From assembly GCF_009914755.1 (NCBI RefSeq), contig NC_060932.1: a stretch of 64,000 nucleotides of DNA; one strand, given 5' to 3'. Origin of the DNA: the human T2T-CHM13v2.0 reference genome, Homo sapiens. Under the pieces are notes generated by a model. The model was given only the letters and a program-made list of their open reading frames with translations. It had not been told where the DNA came from and ran no database searches. This document shows, one piece after another, positions 15,126-30,064 of this stretch (position 1 is its first letter; each line of letters starts with the position of its first letter). The translations under genes were made by a program, and so were the position numbers.

Positions 15126-16709
15126 TATCAACTAATCAAAGATTAGAAGACAAGACACACAGTAGAAAAGGAGGTGGCACAGATGTCAGTGCCTTTGAAT
15201 AATGCAATAGAGCAGCCCAACATCAATAGCTTCTAGCACAGAGATAATCCCAGCTGTGGGAACTTAATCTAATAAAGATGTGTGAAGTGGCTTTGGGTCA
15301 GGAGGTGGACTCCATTCTGATCTGGAGGTCTTATTTACTTATTTCAAGGAAGTGTCCGAGAGTTGACTAGATCCTAGGGAATAGGCTCCCAGGATGGAAA
15401 GGTGCAAGTACCAGGGAGGGGACCAGAGGACCCAAAGAGATGTCCTTTGATGCATCCAGTGACCCTTCCAAGGGATGCAGTCCTTGCATCTTTGATTGTT
15501 AGAGTGTTAGCTTGCCCTGATCCAAGGAAATGATCACTTTTCAGTTCCTCACATCTTCTGTGATTCTAATGCTGCCCAGTAGATTGGTATGCACTGCAAA
15601 TAGCTGGCATCTGGGCTTGTGTCGCCGGGCAGCCCCGAGATAGGAGTGTAGCACCCACAGGGGAGGAGGAGCTGCCTACTGGTGGTGACTGTGAGACAGG
15701 AAAGCAGCTCAACCCTTAAACAGCCCATACAGACGTTTGCACTGAACATTTCTCAAGTGAAAAGCCAGAAGTCTCCCACTCAATACACATTTGGCAAGGT
15801 ATGAGACTCATAGGCCTTTGGGTGTGTGCGTGTGTGTATGTCACCACGTGCCAAATGTCTGCTGGTTCCTATTAGCCAGTAACACAGCCCTTTGCATTGC
15901 ACCGATAGAGCCAAACATCTTCCCAGAATTATTTCCCGGTTGGGAAATGGAAAGTTATTGGGTTGACTCTTCCATCTGATGGTTTGTAATGAAGTCAAGT
16001 GCAGAGCTGAGTTCCTGGCCCAGTAAAACAGCAGAGCCACTTCTCTCCTCTGCAACCTGAAAGCAGAACTGGTACACGGGGGCCCCAACACAGTGCCGTC
16101 TGCCCAGGCCAGACCCTCCAGGCAGGCTGCCTGTTCCTGATCACCACCCCTAACAGCCACTCACTCGGGTTTCCTATCATACCATCAAGTCCCCTCTGTC
16201 TAATAATGAGCTGGAGAAAGCCACTGGGTGTTATGGTCTGGGCCATTCAGATGCCAAACCTTGAAAATAAATCCTCCCCCAGTAACTTGGAGCTAGTGAT
16301 CAGGAAAAATAATGGCACCACAGAGATATTGTTGAGTTTGCATGAAAGGAATTAGAGGATTAGAATTGGTGAATGACGTTATGAGAAAAATAGCAAATTC
16401 ACTGATCCAAGGTACATATGAATATTAAGATCAAATAACACAAAATCAGGATGGAGGGGTGAGACAGGGCAACGCTGAAGTCGTTTTAATCCACAGCACA
16501 GCTGGAACGAGCCCAAAATGAACCAGGGAGTCTTAGTTTTATTTTCCATTAATCTGCTCCCTAGCAGACCTGCTGAAAAGGATGTGCTGGTTTCAACTTT
16601 ATTGAATGCCTCTATCTCAAAAGGAAAAATACATGGCACCATTAGTTCCTAAGAAAATAGATTCTGAATTTTTTTTAAAATCTTCATTTGGATTTAAAAT
16701 GACAATATG

Positions 16710-17015
<306 letters not shown>

Positions 17016-17753
17016 TAATGATAATCTGCCAAACCTAGAGGGATTCATCTACAACACGGTCTTAGGACCAGCTCCAAATCAAGTACCTGGGAATTTCACT
17101 GGGCAGCGCCAGAGAACTCTGACACTCAAAGTCTCTTCACTGTACTTGCCCAGGGGTTCACCATTCACAGCTCAGAACAGGCATTTGACAGTTCCTGAGT
17201 TTTCATTCACAGGTTGCACACTGAGAGTTTCCTCATGCACATCACACAAGCAATGCAAACCACTTGACAGAATTAACATACGAACACTGATTAAATAACA
17301 AGGCTGTGTATTTACGGAACACACATTTTCATCTTCTTTAGTCTAAAGAACTGGGACGGAAAATCCTCAATGTAAGTAAAACCCACGGGCTTTGAAATCA
17401 ACATGATCAAGTTAGTTGTTTTAATAAGGCCTCACATATCTTCAAAGACATTAAATACAGGGTGAAGGAAACCAAAAGTGAAGCATTGGGAATTAATAGT
17501 AAGTCAAAGCAAAAGCAGAAAAAGGCCTCCAAGACAAGACTCAGCAATGACAATACAGCTAGAATTGGAACTTGATCCATTCAACTCATTCTTCAACTAC
17601 TGCGCCACCAAGGAGGCAAGATCTAAAATGACTGGGCTCCTTCACCAGTCATCAGCCTAGCTGCAGGTACAGCACAGGGAAATGCTGAGGCCTGGGCTGT
17701 GATTTTTGCCCTGTGTCTGAGTAGATCCACTGGTATGAAGCCTGTCCAGCTAA

Positions 17754-18143
<390 letters not shown>

Positions 18144-18359
18144 TAAGAGACCCTGGGCACCAAGGCATTGCAGTAATGGGTCCATGCATAAGAAAATGAA
18201 AAAGCACACACACACAAACACACAAAACTTCACTTTCTAGGTATACGAGACCGTGATAGTTGTGTTCATTTCATTTTTTTATTTATTCACTTCTTTTTCT
18301 TCCTACCTGTTCCTTTCACATATATTTATTTTCAAAAACAAAAACAAGTGCTAGCACTT

Positions 18360-18784
18360 TGCAAAAGACTAAATGTTTGTGTCCCCTAAAAATTCACAAT
18401 CTATAGCCCTAATGTCTTTGTACTGAGAGGGAGAGTCTTTGGGAGGTAATTAGGTTTCGATGAGGTCATGACACTGGAGCCCTTATGATAGGATTAGTGC
18501 TCTTCTAACAAGAGGAAGAGACTAGAGCTCTCTCGGGCGCTCACTTGCTTGCTCACTCACTCTCTTTCTCTCTCTCTCTCTCTCCCCCTCTGTCTTGCTC
18601 ACTCTGCCATGTAAGGACACAGCAAGAAGGTGGCTGTCTGCAAACCAAGAAGCCAGCCCTACCAGACATGAGATTTGCAGACACCTTGACTGGACTATCC
18701 CTACCTCCAAAACTGAGAAATTAGTGTGTCTTTAAGCCACCCATCTGGAGTAACTTGTTATAGCAGCCCAAACGGACAAAGACA
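18360..18784 (+). mobile_element. MaLR solo LTR (MLT1A-like) with internal (CT)n
   Basis: aatgtttgtgtcccc...aaaattcac start; ends ttgttatagcagcccaaacggacaaagaca. Confidence 0.85.
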
Positions 18785-19111
18785 CACTCATATCTTGGAA
18801 ACATTATTCAACAACTCTCTTCTCCTCCTCTGCCATCTCTGTCCTTCTCTAGTCACTCTAGCAAATGTCCTTATTGCACCAACTAAGTGGGAATTTAAGT
18901 GAGCAGTGTGCCAAGGATGCTGGATGAAGCTATCACAGTGCCTTCTGCCATAATAGCCCATCAAAATAATATATATAATGAATAACTGCAATACATACAA
19001 TAAAGATACATATACCATAAGTGCATTTCACCCTCCAAAATGAGCTAACTAGAATAATTGGATATAAAGATGAACCCAATTTTGACTTATTATCTGTAAG
19101 TATCTCTCCTT

Positions 19112-19875
19112 TGCTGGGGCTCAGAAAATGATACCCAAAGGTTGGGCACTCTGGTATGCTGAACACTTCAAACTAAAATAGGAAGGCCTTAGAAGCTACC
19201 TCAGAACCAAAGACTCTAATCTTCTCTGTCCCCCCTTCACCTCCACCCTCAGTGCAGGGAAGGGCTTCTTATCTGACTAAGGAAACTTATTTCCAAAAGA
19301 AATACAATTGTCTTAAGATTCCCCTCTGTAGGAATATCATTGAATAACCAGGAAAGATTAACCACCAAGAGGCGATTAAAAGTCCATTACCAAGCCCAAA
19401 TAGGTTTTGTAATCTATTTTTCTGAGAGCAACTCCGAGATTGCCTGGGAGACTTTATCTGCATAATAAAACAAACTTTGTTTACAGTGAACTTCTGTCCC
19501 TCACCTTTCCACCACCTCCCCCAGAGCTCAGAGGAACTCTGTCCCAGGCCACTGTTCTTTCAGTTCATTCATTCCTCCTAAATATCATTTACTACCCCTC
19601 TAAAAACTTACCTACAGCCCCCTCACCCTTCTCTGCCCTATGAAGAGAGTATTTAAGCTTCAACCATCTGGCCTTTCTTTGAGTCTCATATCTATTATAG
19701 CAGCCCAAACTGACAAAGACACACTCATATCTTGGAAACATTATCTATGGGACTCCCTTGTCTATATACATGTTAATAAATTTACCATGGCTTTTTCCCC
19801 CTATTAATCTGTCTGTTGTCCATCATTCAACAAACCCTCAGTGAGCAGAGAGAATGCTTTTCCGTCTCCCCTACA
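19112..19875 (+). mobile_element. ERV1 solo LTR (MER39/MER34 group)
   Basis: TG...CA termini, exact 4-bp TSD CCTT (19108-19111, 19876-19879), start tgctggggctcagaaaatgatacccaaa, AATAAA at 19775. Confidence 0.85.
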
Positions 19876-20182
19876 CCTTCAAATAGCATAAAGTTCTGTG
19901 GTTATTAGCTCAAATTTAACAATCTAATCTCCCTTAATTTTGTGATAATCTTCCTTCTTTTATTTCCAAACAACACACTGCCTTATTTCCTTCTCTGTTT
20001 ATTGAAAAACTCCCAAGAGTTGACTTGGACACCTAAACTCACAGGCAGGGTAAGGAGGGCACTAAGCTCAGTGCCTGGCTCATTATGTTAATCATTCTTC
20101 AATATGCGAGCTAAATGCTAGTTCATCTCTTCCCCCATCACCAAACCCCACTAAATGAACCATAAAGAAAAAAAAAAAAAAA

Positions 20183-20464
20183 GGCCAGGCGCGGTGGCTC
20201 ACGTCTGTAATCCCAGCACTTTGGGAGGCCGAGGCAAGCAGATCACCTGAGTCCAGGAGTTCGAGACCAGCCTGGCCAACATGGTGAAACCCCGTCTCTA
20301 CAAAAAATACAAAAACTAGCTGGCTGTGGTGGCATGTGCCTGTAGGCCCGGTTACTCAGGAGGCTGAGGCAGAAGAATCACTTGAACCCAGGAGGCGGAG
20401 CTTGGAATGAGCCAAGATCACGTCACTACACTCCAGCCTGTGCAACACAGTGAGACTCTGCCTC

Positions 20465-20492
<28 letters not shown>
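20183..20492 (+). mobile_element. AluS
   Basis: Full dimer with (TAAA)n tail. Confidence 0.95.
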
Positions 20493-20495
<3 letters not shown>

Positions 20496-21523
20496 TCTAC
20501 AAGGACAAATAATTAGAGAAAAGTCTGAATCAGATGAGGGACTTAAATTCCTTTTTGAAAGATGTGGAGCTGGTGGACCCAGTGGAGAAGCTGCTTTGGA
20601 GGAGAAGGGAGCCAAGAGAACCCAGGGGACACTTGGAAAGTGCAGGACCAGACACTGACAGGGACTATGAAGGAGGGGTAGAGGTGAAAATATCGGGATT
20701 TAATGGAAAATCTAATTACAGAGCAGTCAAGTACCAGGTCCCCACCCTCATACATGTAGCCTGTGATCAATACACTCCCAGCCAGGTGACAGATTTATTC
20801 TCCCCATAGTTTTGAGATAAAAATCTTCAGACTTGGTTTCATCCAGCATAATAAAGGGTAGAGAGAGATCCTGAACTATAAATAGGAGGATAGAGGGAAA
20901 ATAGGATTAAAGTCCCAGGACCTATCCCCATCAGCTCCCAGAGTATTAACAGTCAGGCTTATGTTACTCAAACACTTCCCTTCAGAAACTGAGCAGCCCA
21001 CAGAAATGACCCGCATTAACTGTACTAATATTTAATGGTCCCCCAAGGGAAAAAAGCGGGTTTAATCAGCCTCCCGCTAGAAGCCACATGTCTATAAGCT
21101 TCTCTCCCTCAGAACTCCCAAACAGTTTTTTTAGTGCCTTACTCTAAAATAAAAACAATCAAAAATCATTAGTCAATGTAAGGTAAACCTACAACACAAA
21201 TTACAAAGAATAAACAAAAGTGGAACTATTAAAAAGCAGGATTTAAGTATTAAAATTTATTTAATCAAAGAAATGTTGCATTATTGCATCCAGAAAACAA
21301 AAACAATCAAAGAAACAAAATTAAGAGCAATATAACAAAATGTTTAAGTGTAACAGAAGAAACAGAAATAAAATGGAAACCTGGAAAGCAGAATAAAATG
21401 GCAAAGTATGGAAAATATTTATAATAATTAATGCAGAGAATTAATCCAGGAAAGTGGATATCCACGTAGTAGTCATTTTAAGAATAAAATCACACAGGTG
21501 GACATGATTCAGAAAATAGTATG

Positions 21524-22128
<605 letters not shown>

Positions 22129-22149
22129 CTACTTGGGAAACAGTTAGAA

Positions 22150-22681
22150 CAGGGGTCCCCAACCCCAAGGCCATAGGCCGGTATCCATCCGTAGCCTGTT
22201 AGGAACCCAGACAGACAATAGGAGGTGAGTGGCGGGAGTGAGAGAAACATCATCTGTATTTACAGCCACTCCCCAGCGCTGGCATTACCGTCTGAGCTCC
22301 GCCTCCTGTCAGATCAGCAGCAGCATTAGATTCTCACAGAAGCATGAACCCTACTGTGAACTGCGCATGCAAGGGATCCAGGTTGCACGCTCCTTATGAG
22401 AACCTGACGCCTGATGAACTGTCACTGTCTCCCATCACCCCCAGATGGGACCGTCTAGTTGCAGGAAAACAAACTCAGGGTTCCACTGATTCTACATTAT
22501 GGTGAGTTGTATCATTATTTCATTATATATTACAATGTAATAATAACAGATATAAAGTGCACAATACATTTAATGCCCTTGAATCATCCCGAAACCATCT
22601 TCCCCTCCCCGCCCCACAGTCTGTGGAAAAATTGTTGTTGGTGAAACCAGTCCCTAGTGCCAAAAAGGTTGGGCACTGCTG
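22150..22681 (+). mobile_element. MER1A (hAT-Charlie non-autonomous DNA transposon)
   Basis: TIRs caggggtccccaacc / ggttgggcactgctg, ~530 bp, 8-bp TSD a(g/a)ttagaa. Confidence 0.9.
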
Positions 22682-23614
22682 AATTAGAAGATGAGCTACA
22701 GCCACTCAGCGGAGCAAATCAAGAGAAAGGAAAATGTGGGAACTGGGAAACAGGGACTCCATCGTAAAGCAGCAAAAAATAAAATAAAATAAATCCTTAG
22801 GATATCTGAAGCTCCACGATGGGAATATTCAGCAGGGTTAGGGAACAACAAGTCCAGCTTAAAGGAGGAGGGGTGGGGGCTTCAAGAAGGCTGAATAAGA
22901 AGCATCTGGTACTCGCCTCCTCCACCAAGAGCCAAAATAGCAAGTAGATAATCACACTTCAAATAGATCATCTAGGAAAGAACAGAGAAGTGACAGGAAA
23001 CGTCTAAGGCAAGAAAGGAGAAGGAAGGCAGGCAGCCTGCTCAGCCAGGATCAGCCGGAAGCCCAGAGAGGCTCCCCAGTGCAAGGAAGGAGTTGCGGAG
23101 AGAACCCCAGGGGTCCACATTCCCACTCTGAACTCCCGCAATCCTAGCCATGCGACAGCACCTCACCCTCACGTGCCCTGATACTAACACTGGGAGCTGT
23201 CTGGAGACTGTATGACCACACTGTTTCAGAGAGGGAGCTCACACCGGGGTCCAACCCACGCCCAAACCTAAGCGGCTACAGCAACGCACCATTTTGAGCC
23301 CCCAGCCCCCAGCAGACTGCATCCTACACTGGAATCCAACAGCCCCTGCAGTTCCATATTTGTGGCACCCCAGTGATATCCCCCTTGCTGGCTGCTGCCC
23401 TGGGGCCAAAGCATGAGCCACAGACAATGATCCCACTGGCCCCACAACCACCACCGCTGAACCATAGCACAGCCTCCGCGCACTTTCACCCAACTGGAGG
23501 ACAAAATGCAAATCAAAACCACAATGTGTATCATCTTATGCCAGTTACAACAGCTAAGATTAAAGAGACAAAAAATAACAGATGCTGGTGATGATGTGGG
23601 AAAAAAGGGAACTC

Positions 23615-23803
23615 TTTTTTTTTTTTTTTTTGAGATGGGATTATAGGCACGCACCACCACGCCCAGCTAATTTTTGTATTTTTAGTAGAGACAGGGTTTC
23701 ACCACGTTGGCTGGGCTGGTCTCGAACTCCTGGCCTCAGGTGATCTGCCCACCTCGGCCTCTCAAAGTGCTGAGATTACAGGCGTGAGTCACCAAGCCCA
23801 GCT
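23615..23803 (-). mobile_element. AluS with most of the right arm deleted, inserted in L1
   Basis: TSD aaaagggaactctt; tttgagatgg joined directly to gattatagg. Confidence 0.9.
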
Positions 23804-24476
23804 GAAAAGGGAACTCTTATACACTGTTGGTGGAAATGTGAGTACAGCCACTATCAAAAACAATATGGAGATTTCTTCAAAAACTAAAAACAGAGCTACC
23901 ATGTGATCCAGCAATCCCACTGCTGGGTATCTTTCCAGAAGAAGGGGACTCAGTATGTCAAAGCAACACCTGCACCCCCGTCTTTACTGCAGCACTATTC
24001 ATAATAGCCAAGATACGGAATCAATCTAAGTGTCCAATGGATGACCAGATAAAGCAAATATGACACATATACACAATATAATACTATTCAGCCATTAAAA
24101 AGGATGAAATCCTGTCATTTGCAGCAACGTGGATGGAACTGGAGGTTATTAGGTTAAGTGAAATAAGCCAGGCACAGAAAGACAAATATTACACGTTCTC
24201 ACTTATATGTGGGAACTAAAAGAATTGATCTCATGGAGGTAGAGAGTAGAATGGTAGCTACCAGAGGCTGGGAAGGTTGGGGGTGGGGTAGATAAAGAGA
24301 GGCTGTTTAATTGGTACAAACACAGAATGAGGTAGAAAGAATAAATTCTAGTGTTTGATAGCAGAGTAGGGTGACTACAGTTAGCAACAAATTATTGTAT
24401 ATTTTGAAATAGCTAGACTAGAAGACTTGAAATGTACCTAACACATAGAATAGTAGAGGTGATAGATACCTTAAAT

Positions 24477-24805
24477 CAGCAGTCTCCAACCCTTTTGGCA
24501 CCAGGGACTGGTTTCATGGAAGACAATTTTTCCACAGACTGGGGTGGTGGGGGATTGGTTTTAAGATAAAACTGTTCCACCTTAGATCATCAGGCATTAG
24601 ATAGATACTCACAAGGAGCAAGTAATCTAAATCCTTTGCATGTGCATGACAATAGGGTTCATGCTCCTATGAGAATCTAATGCTGCTGCTGAGCTGACTG
24701 GAGGCAGAGCTCAGGTGGTAATGCTGGCTCACCCGCCACTCGCCTCCTGCTGTGCAGCCTGGTTCCTAACAGGCCACGGACAGGCCCTGACGTTGGGAAC
24801 CCGTC
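24477..24805 (-). mobile_element. MER1B (hAT-Charlie) inserted in the L1 3'UTR
   Basis: cagcagtctccaacc terminus, ~330 bp, perfect 8-bp TSD CCTTAAAT (24469-24476, 24806-24813). Confidence 0.9.
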
Positions 24806-25047
24806 CCTTAAATGCCATGACTCCCTGACTTGATCATTATACATTCTATGCATGTAACAAAATATTACAGGTTCCTCATAAATGGGTACAAATATTATGT
24901 ATCGATAAAAAGAAAAGAAGGAGGATGGGGACTGCAGAACAATGTTTTCTGGGGGAAAAATAAAGTTGATACATTATGTAATATGTTAGGTCATTTATTT
25001 AAACTTCATTTATTTATTTAAACTTCATTTATTTATTTAAAGTTTAT

Positions 25048-25350
25048 GGCCAGGCATGGTGGCTCAGCCTGTAATCCCAGCACTTTGGGAGGCCAAGGCA
25101 GACAGATCCCTTGAGACTAGGAGTTCAAAGCCAGCCTGGTCAACATGGTGAAACCCTGTCTCTACAAAAGATACAAAAATTAGCCAGGTGTGGTGGCACA
25201 CTCCTGCAATCCCAGCCTCTCTCGAGGCTGAGGTGGGAGGATCACCTGAACCCATGGAGGTCAAGGCTGCAGTGAGCCATGATCACGCCACTGTACTCTA
25301 GCCTGGGAAACAAACTGAGACCCTGTCTCAAAAAATAAATAAATAAATAA
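25048..25350 (+). mobile_element. AluJ
   Basis: Full dimer. Confidence 0.9.
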
Positions 25351-25889
25351 AATGTATGTACTTATTTATTACATATATGTGTGTGTCTCATATATCTAAT
25401 GGAACACTGTTAAAATAAAATTAATGATAAGTAATTAATAAAAACTAACAAAAATTTAAGAGAGAATTATTAGTTTTAGACAAATAAAATATACAAAAAA
25501 ATGTAATTGCTGGTTCTATGTTGAGCAGTATTTTCAAAGTCTTAGTAATATGAACAATGCTGGTGAAATGACAAGGTTTAAAATTTGTTTAAAATAATTG
25601 AGAGGAGGAAGAGACAGTGTGGGAATAATTAAACACGAATGAGAAGACTGATGGTTGTTGAAGCTAGATGAAGACTAAATGGTCACTCTTTATATCATTC
25701 TGTCTGTTTTGTTTGCATAAGAAAATTGCCAAAATGAAAAGTTTCAATTATAACATCTCATTGTAAACAATGATTTCTGATGTAATAAAATTGGACTACA
25801 TTAGATAGATTTGGGGGGAGCAGAAAAATGTATCTGGGGAAATTCATTAAAAACAAACCAAATAATCACTTGCCTCAAGAAATATAAGT

Positions 25890-26160
25890 ATGACAATTAC
25901 AGCTAGATAGAAGGAATAAGTTCTCATGTTCTAAACCACTCTAAGATGACTATAGTTAACAATAATATATTATACAGTTTCAAATAGCCAGAAGGATATT
26001 GAACATTCCCAATACAAAAAAAAAAGATAGATGTTTGAGATGATAGATTTGCTAACTACCCTGGTCACATTATATGTATCAAAACATCACTACGTATCCC
26101 ATGAATATGTAAAATTATTTGTCAATTTAAAAAGAGAAAATTAAATTAAAAAAAAGAAAA
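25890..26160 (+). mobile_element. L1MA 3' terminal fragment
   Basis: attacagctagatagaaggaataagttct...gactatagttaacaataat...A-rich tail. Confidence 0.8.
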
Positions 26161-26497
26161 AATATATATATGTTCATATTAAATAGAAATACAAATGTAA
26201 ATTCAGAAGACACTATAGGAAAGACAGGTGGGAAGAAGAAGGGACAAGAACTTCCTTTTTGTGAAAGAAATGTTAATACTATTTAATTTTTAAAATTTTT
26301 ATCAAATTATTACTTTGATAAATATTAACAAAATTCTTCATCCTCAAGATATTTTTTATGATGACATATAATTTGAATATATTTTCCCTTTATCTATGGA
26401 ATGAAATGAAAAGACTTCAGAGCTGACATTTGAATTTTAAAAAGCATTAATTGGAAATGGGAATTCAGTCTTGTTCCATTGCAAGGTTTTGCTATAT

Positions 26498-26516
26498 GCA
26501 CTGCCCTCTAGTGTCA
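26498..26516 (-). promoter_or_regulatory. Candidate CTCF binding motif
   Basis: Minus strand reads TGACACTAGAGGGCAGTGC, close to the CTCF core CCAC(C/T)AG(A/G)GGGC(A/G)(G/C), in non-repeat sequence. Confidence 0.55.
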
Positions 26517-26614
26517 CTTTGTGGGACAAGCATCTTGAATTTCATAAACTAGAAATTTAACTAAATCTTCAAATGCCATATTCTCTCTTCTTGGATCTTC
26601 CATCTCCTCCATGT

Positions 26615-26639
26615 GGTCATATCCTATTAGGATATGACC
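26615..26639. repeat. Perfect 25-bp palindrome (12-bp arms, 1-nt centre)
   Basis: GGTCATATCCTA-T-TAGGATATGACC. Confidence 0.95.
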
Positions 26640-27460
26640 TACGACCCAGAATTCAGGGCAAGGCTACTAGTTTTATAGGATGGTTCGTTATGGATTCAAA
26701 AGGTTTTAATGGGAGGGCCTTGGAACCTGATCTTGATTAATGGGGAAATGTGTCTGAGTTCTAAACAAATGTTTATTCGCTTGAGGGAAAGAACCCATCT
26801 GTTTGTCTTTGACTCCTTGAGAGTACTGTACATGCCTCGAATCAAATGCAGTGCTGGACAGAAGTCTGATATGCGGTGGATGCTCAAAGGAACATTAAGT
26901 GAGTCTGGCAATGACTGTTCAGAACTCGTTTTGTTATTTGGAGGCAGTCTGAAGTATTCTTTTAAGCATGAAATGCCATAAAGGAGAGTGATCATTGTCA
27001 TCATTAATAACTGCCCAAGCCAAATCTCTAATGAATATGGACAAATCAACACAGATTATAGAATCTAAATCATTTCTGGAGGGGAAAATGGAGAGATTAA
27101 TGGGTGAAAGGCCCACCTTGATGCCTTCCATCACCTCCTAAAAGGAAAAAAGAACAAACTTTTTAGGCCAACTTCCCTAGATCAAATGGTTTTTGTCTAA
27201 AAAAAAACAACCACACAGAAAACAAAAACAAAAACAAAAACAAAAACAAAAAAAAACCCTGCTTTTCCCTCACAGTCTTTTCTTTGCAATGAGAAGAATG
27301 TATTTTCTTCCTCAGCATTATTTACTTTTTGATAAAATCACATATTTCTCCCTGCCAAAATTCTGACACATGTTCAGTTCCAAGATGTTCTTCCTTTGCT
27401 ACTAGATAACAGAGGAAGTGCGCCTTGTTTCCCCTTGACTTCAACAGTTTTCGGTTTCCA

Positions 27461-27879
<419 letters not shown>

Positions 27880-28028
27880 CTAAAGACTGGCTTGGCATGG
27901 AGTGTTCAAGTCATGCTACAGTCAATACCTACAATAGGGTGGATTTGTTTTCTATTGAGAAATCCTCTCTTAGAGGATTTCACAAGAATGTTTCTTCTCT
28001 GATAGTTATATTCCAGGTCAGAAATCCA

Positions 28029-28770
28029 TTTTTTTTAGACAAGGTGTTGCTCTGTTGCCCAAGATGGAGTGGCACGATCTCGGCTCACTTCAACCTCCGC
28101 CTCCCAGGCAGCCTCAAGCAATGCTCCCACCTCAGCCCCCCGAGTAGCTGGAACTACAGGCATGCACCACCATGCCTGGATAATTCTTTGTATTTTTTGT
28201 AAAGACGGGGTCTTGCCAAGTTGCCCAGGCTGGTCTTGAACTCCTGGACTCAAGTAGTCCACCTACCTTGGCCTCCCAAAGTGCCGGGATTACAAGTGTG
28301 ACCCACGATTCAGAAATTCTTTAACTCACTTTATGGCGCTTCTCATTTTAGCTTATGATCCAGGAGCAGAGATCCTATTCCCTACACTGGTATTCACTTG
28401 ATTAACACTTTGACCAAAAACCCTCCCCATAAGTTTGTATCCTTGATATTAAATCAAGATGACAATTCTTACAATTTTTTTTTTTTGATAAAGGGTCTCA
28501 CTCTGTCACCCAAGCCATGGTACAGTGGCACAGTCATAGCTCACTGCAGCCTTGACCTCCTGGGCTCAAGTGATCCTCCTTCCTCAGCCTCCTGAGTAGA
28601 TAGGACTACAGGTTCATGCCACTATGCCCAGCTAATATTTCAAATTTATTGTAGAAATAGGGTCTCACTATGTTGCCCAGGCTAGTCTTGAACTCCTGGG
28701 CTTAAGTGATCCTCCTTCCTCCATCTCCCAAAGTGCTGGGATTACAGGTGTGAGCCACCATTTCCAGACC
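28029..28770 (-). mobile_element. Two AluJ copies (28029-28306, 28475-28770)
   Basis: Antisense dimers with J-type sequence. Confidence 0.9.
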
Positions 28771-29014
28771 AATTCTTGCAGTTTTTGACCCTCACAGGCA
28801 TGCCATATAGAACTTGGACATTTCAAATTCTGAGTTATTGTTGACAATCAGAGATTATATGCTGTTAGCCTAAAATGCAACATTTTATATTTACATTAAT
28901 AAATTTCTCACAGGCCAACAAATCTAAAAATAGGGATAACAGTTTCTAGTATAGATTTTGAATCTACCAATATGGTCCATAACTGAGAAGGGTCTATTTC
29001 TCTTTAGGCACACC

Positions 29015-29052
<38 letters not shown>

Positions 29053-29057
29053 TTACT

Positions 29058-29387
<330 letters not shown>

Positions 29388-30064
29388 TTAGGGTTAAAAA
29401 CTGAGTTTAGCCACAATATGATTTGGGCAAATTACTGTAACTCTCTCAGCCATGACCCTCATGTTTCAAATAAGGAAAATACTGGCCATATTGGACTCCT
29501 TTGTGCCTGTAACACAGAAGCTACTTAGGAAATGTTAGTTTCCATCCCTCCCTACTTCTTCCCTGTGTCCCGCAGCCCAATCTCATGGTCCTATGTCCTG
29601 TGCAATGGATAGGAGCACTACACACCTGCCATGCAGAAGCTTCCAAAATGAAGCTGCTACCAGCAAGAAGTAATTGTTCTCTCCTCTTCCTATACCACAT
29701 CTGTCTGCATCGTTAGGGCCTTCAGATATACTGGGACAGGATGCTTTCCAACCCTCGAAAGGCCTAGAGAGAAGCAGGATGCCCGGCCACGGACTGTGTA
29801 CCACTCACAGCTGAGATCCCTTTCCAGCTAACTCCCTTTCACTCCATTTTTCTTCTGGATAATCCCTGTACTTTTGCTTCTTGGATTCCCCTTCGACATT
29901 CCACCCTCTCCTCCACTCCTGATTAAACAGCCTGACAAACTGGATTTGCTAACCCAAAAGATAAACTAGAGGCCTCTACTCTGGTAGCTCTCTGCTGCCC
30001 CCTCTTGTCGCCAAATGGAACAGGCCACTGCTCTTGCCGCAAAAATCTCATTTCAGGTTTCAGG

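Larger units (their letters stand above)
22874..24915 (+). mobile_element. Internally deleted L1MA-type element (5'UTR-like region joined to ORF2 C-terminus and 3'UTR)
   Basis: GC-richer L1 5'UTR-like sequence 22874-23501 abuts aaatgcaaatcaaaaccacaatg (end of ORF2); L1MA4/5-like 3'UTR; aaggagga..gggg on both flanks. Confidence 0.75.

Noticed and set aside
24990-25045. Tandem cttcatttatttatttaaa repeat
   Set aside because: Ordinary 19-nt slippage duplication next to an Alu target site
29019-29046. Orphan poly-A run of ~28 nt
   Set aside because: No upstream retroelement body or clear TSD; most simply an expanded mononucleotide tract beside an Alu target site
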